DNA from: Promethearchaeati archaeon
Lineage (GTDB): Archaea; Asgardarchaeota; Heimdallarchaeia; JABLTI01
Length of the DNA stretch: 18,690 bases
Direction of reading: 5' to 3'
Assembly: GCA_013166835.1 (NCBI GenBank)
Contig: JABLTI010000054.1
Coordinates: forward strand, 1 to 18,690
The first letter of the stretch is position 1. Each line of letters opens with the position of its first letter. The notes beneath the pieces are model-generated. The model was not told where the DNA came from, did no database searches, and worked only from the letters and a program-made list of their open reading frames with translations. The position numbers were made by a program, and so were the translations under genes. Below, piece after piece: positions 15,895 to 18,690 of this stretch.

Positions 15895-17280
15895 CTATCC
15901 TATGAAAGCTATAACTGCGGTAGAAAGCGTTTCAGCATGACTTCCAGCCACTCCAGGAAGCATTATGAATGAGAACACTATAATGAATCCAGCACATGCT
16001 AAATCAGCTAAACAAGCCGTAAGAGGTATTGCAAAATTATCTGGATCAATTTCTCTTCTAAACGCAAAGATTGACAAGACATAAATTAAAGAACCAACAA
16101 TTATGAATCCTAATATATTTGCTAATATCGTAACAATCATGACTAATATTATAAGAACAATAATTGGTCTACCAAGTTCTTCAGATATAATTCGAACCTC
16201 TTTAAACTTAATGAACGTTCCAACAAGACCTAGAAGCGCTGTAATGATTATTCCACCCGCTCCAATACCCGAAAATTTAGTCCAAACCGCAGGTTTTCTA
16301 AATGATTGTATCTTCGGTTCCGTATAACCAGCTGAGAAATCCGTAATTAGCATATTGGCAAAGATAGCATTTTGATCAACCAGAGTACCTATCAGTGCGG
16401 GAAATGCAACTAATAACTGAGGATAGATTTCTAAGGCTGCCTCACCTTGTGTGAGGATGAAGCCTGTAATTGTACCTATAATAGCACTAGCGAAAACTGC
16501 AAAAACTGCTTCTTTCATCATTTTTCTGTATTCATGATCTTTTCTGTTTTTCATTACTATATAGAATGTACCAGCAAGAGCTAGTAATGCAGGAATAATT
16601 GCTATATAAGTAGCAAGCATTTCATTTCCTTGTGCAACAGCGAAAACTTCTTGTCCATTTACTTCAATAAAGGGATGATCCCACCCCCATGGTCTGAGAG
16701 CAGCTAAAGCCCCAGCAAAAGTTACTGTTATAAGAATATTGTTTACAGTAGACATCACTGGCACTACGTAAACATCTGGATTCAATCCTCTTTTATAAGT
16801 GAAGAAAGAAACAGCACTTGTTATTTGAGTTGAAATGAGTGCTGCAACAGTCATAACAAGTATTGGAATTACAAAAAAGAATGTGGGATTGTAAACCTTC
16901 AAGTCAGCGGGAAAAATTAAAAGATTCATAATATAAGTTACAATACCAACTAAGAATGCATCTAACATAGCAATTGTTAAAGTTGAAGCAATCAAACTCC
17001 TGTAAACAGGTGTGTTTTTTCTAAAAGTAGGTTTCACAGTACCCAAATGCAAACCAGTGCCTAATTTTCCAGCAAGGACAGCTATATCTCCTCTTGCTGC
17101 TAATAAGGGACCATATAATAATAAAATCCATTTTATTTGTTGAGTATTCATTGCTACATTAGCAATGGTACCTGAAACAATTCCGCCGGAGTCGAAGGCA
17201 AGTGCTATCATAGCTTGGATAAATATTCCAAAAAACATATTCACGGCAGTTCTTTTGCCTATGCTCGACGTTGATGACAT
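15895..17280 (-). CDS. MgtE/SLC41-family cation transporter with two membrane repeats (paralog)
   Basis: GKLGTGLHLG, GLNPDVYVVP and IDPDNFAIPLTACLAD motifs; GGTGA before the ATG; clearly similar to 14289..15587. Confidence 0.88.
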   Translation of the reverse strand: MSSTSSIGKRTAVNMFFGIFIQAMIALAFDSGGIVSGTIANVAMNTQQIKWILLLYGPLLAARGDIAVLAGKLGTGLHLGTVKPTFRKNTPVYRSLIASTLTIAMLDAFLVGIVTYIMNLLIFPADLKVYNPTFFFVIPILVMTVAALISTQITSAVSFFTYKRGLNPDVYVVPVMSTVNNILITVTFAGALAALRPWGWDHPFIEVNGQEVFAVAQGNEMLATYIAIIPALLALAGTFYIVMKNRKDHEYRKMMKEAVFAVFASAIIGTITGFILTQGEAALEIYPQLLVAFPALIGTLVDQNAIFANMLITDFSAGYTEPKIQSFRKPAVWTKFSGIGAGGIIITALLGLVGTFIKFKEVRIISEELGRPIIVLIILVMIVTILANILGFIIVGSLIYVLSIFAFRREIDPDNFAIPLTACLADLACAGFIIVFSFIMLPGVAGSHAETLSTAVIAFIG

Positions 17281-17307
17281 TTATTTCACCAATATACCAG
17301 GTAATTT

Positions 17308-18690
17308 TCATTGTACATGCGAAATCACGCATCCTAATTTTTCGTGTAATTGGCTAACTTCCTCTGCAGCTTCTTTTGCAGCTTTTTTAGCAACTTTCTT
17401 AGTTTCCTTTTCAGCTGCTTCCATGGCTGCTTCCTCTGCTGCTTTAATAGCTACTCTTTTACCAGTGCGCTCAACAACTCTCTCAGCTGATTTCTCAGCT
17501 ACTTCTTTCGCTGCCTCTGTAGCTGCATCTTTCACTATTTTTTCAGGTTCATCTACCGCGGATGTTTCTTTTATTGCTACAGTAGCAGCTTTCTTGGCTG
17601 CTCGTTCGGTTTCAATCTTAACTGCATCCTTAACAACCGGTTCAATTTCTTCTGTTGCTTTTTTCTCAGCAGCTTTTGTTACTTTCTTAATAACTGTTTC
17701 AGACTTTTCTTCGATTGTATCCTCTGCTGCTTCTTTTACAGCTTGTTCAACTTTTTTACGGGCATCGTCAACAGTTTTCTTAGCAGCATTTTCAGCAGCA
17801 TCTTGAACTACTTTCTTTGCTGCATCTTCCTTCAGTCTAGGTTTGTCTCCTTTTTTCGTCTTCATGGTTTCTTTAACAACCTCGGAGACGATCTTGTCAG
17901 TCATTTTCTTTGTTACAGTTTCAACAGCTTCTTCAGCAGCTTCTGAAGCTGCTTTCTTGGATGCTTTTTCTGTTGCTTTTTCCGCTGCTTTACTTGCAAC
18001 TTCTTTTACTGTTTTCTTTGATGCTTCTTTTGCAGTTACCTCTGAAACTTCTTCGGAGACTTTTTCAACGACCTCATCTACCACTAACTCTGCTGCTTTC
18101 TTAGCTGCTTCTATCTCCGCTTCTTTTTCTTCTACTGCTTCTACTTCGCGTTGTTTGAAAGCATTACAAGCATCTCTTAATCCTGTGAAGATAATTGTAT
18201 CACCGACTCGAATTTTGGTCCTTCTTCTTGGTTTGAAGTAGTGACCGCCAGTTCTTTTGATCGCTAAGACCCTTATCCCGAATTCATCAAGATAATTACC
18301 AGCGGGAACTGTTTTATCAACAATTGATGATGATTGTTCAACTATCATTTCGAAAATATTGTCCGTTGATTCCTCAACCACAAGCTCAATAATGGGGTGT
18401 GAAGGGAGTTCAGCTAGAACTGTCTTAGCAATCTGATTAGCTGAATCAGAAATGTTTTCAGTGGCTTCTATAATTCTAACAAGACCTTGAAGAGCTGATA
18501 TTTCTTCAGAGGAAGTTCTTGATAAACGTAAAACAGCTATTTCTGCTTTATTTCGTATGGTATCAACTCGTTTCTCCATATTAGTAACGAGATGTGCTAA
18601 TTCTTTATTATTATAAAGAACAGCACCATATGCAAGGTCAACCATAACTTCACTGGTATCTTTTAATGCGATTAGATAATCAACAATGTT
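17308..18690 (-). CDS. PhoU-like plus TrkA-C (RCK_C) domain protein with long Ala/Glu/Lys-rich helical tail (5' end beyond window)
   Basis: The frame is open to the window edge (NIVDYLIALKDTSEVMVDLAYGAVLY). ATENISDSANQIA fits a PhoU-like domain and GIRVLAIKR..P..TKIRVGDTIIFTG fits TrkA-C. Confidence 0.88.
   Translation of the reverse strand, partial: NIVDYLIALKDTSEVMVDLAYGAVLYNNKELAHLVTNMEKRVDTIRNKAEIAVLRLSRTSSEEISALQGLVRIIEATENISDSANQIAKTVLAELPSHPIIELVVEESTDNIFEMIVEQSSSIVDKTVPAGNYLDEFGIRVLAIKRTGGHYFKPRRRTKIRVGDTIIFTGLRDACNAFKQREVEAVEEKEAEIEAAKKAAELVVDEVVEKVSEEVSEVTAKEASKKTVKEVASKAAEKATEKASKKAASEAAEEAVETVTKKMTDKIVSEVVKETMKTKKGDKPRLKEDAAKKVVQDAAENAAKKTVDDARKKVEQAVKEAAEDTIEEKSETVIKKVTKAAEKKATEEIEPVVKDAVKIETERAAKKAATVAIKETSAVDEPEKIVKDAATEAAKEVAEKSAERVVERTGKRVAIKAAEEAAMEAAEKETKKVAKKAAKEAAEEVSQLHEKLGCVISHVQ

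Noticed and set aside
17165-18241. Ala/Ser/Phe-rich plus-strand ORFs of up to 213 aa
   Set aside because: They are antisense shadows of the low-complexity Ala/Glu/Lys tail.
18645-18690. ATG at 18645 as the true start of the PhoU/TrkA-C gene
   Set aside because: The frame stays open upstream through the conserved-looking LKDTSEVMVDLAY motif to the window edge, so the gene is 5'-truncated.

Overview
AT-rich archaeal chromosomal segment. Several genes point to Asgard archaea (inferred from gene content, not from a search). Left to right: (1) a minus-strand operon korD-korA-korB-korC (four-subunit 2-oxoacid:ferredoxin oxidoreductase) abutting an HdrA flavoprotein gene that runs off the left edge and is absent from the ORF track; (2) a 9-bp-period TGTAA repeat array; (3) an Arf-like GTPase with degenerate G3/G4 motifs fused to a longin/roadblock-like domain, preceded on the same strand by a single-pass membrane protein whose proline-rich cytoplasmic tail carries PTAPP and PxxPxR motifs and ends in a WH2-like helix-LKK; (4) housekeeping genes (MazG-like, Nop2/RsmF plus Nip7, long FKBP, a Pth2 fusion, GH5 glycolipid-hydrolase-like, Nudix, PRC-barrel); (5) a PhoU/TrkA-C protein with a ~280-aa Ala/Glu/Lys tail followed by two paralogous double-MgtE (SLC41-like) transporters with N/D-swapped pore motifs, separated by a ~175-nt imperfect inverted repeat. 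The best candidates for an undescribed system are the proline-rich membrane adaptor plus GTPase-longin pair, and the MgtE locus.
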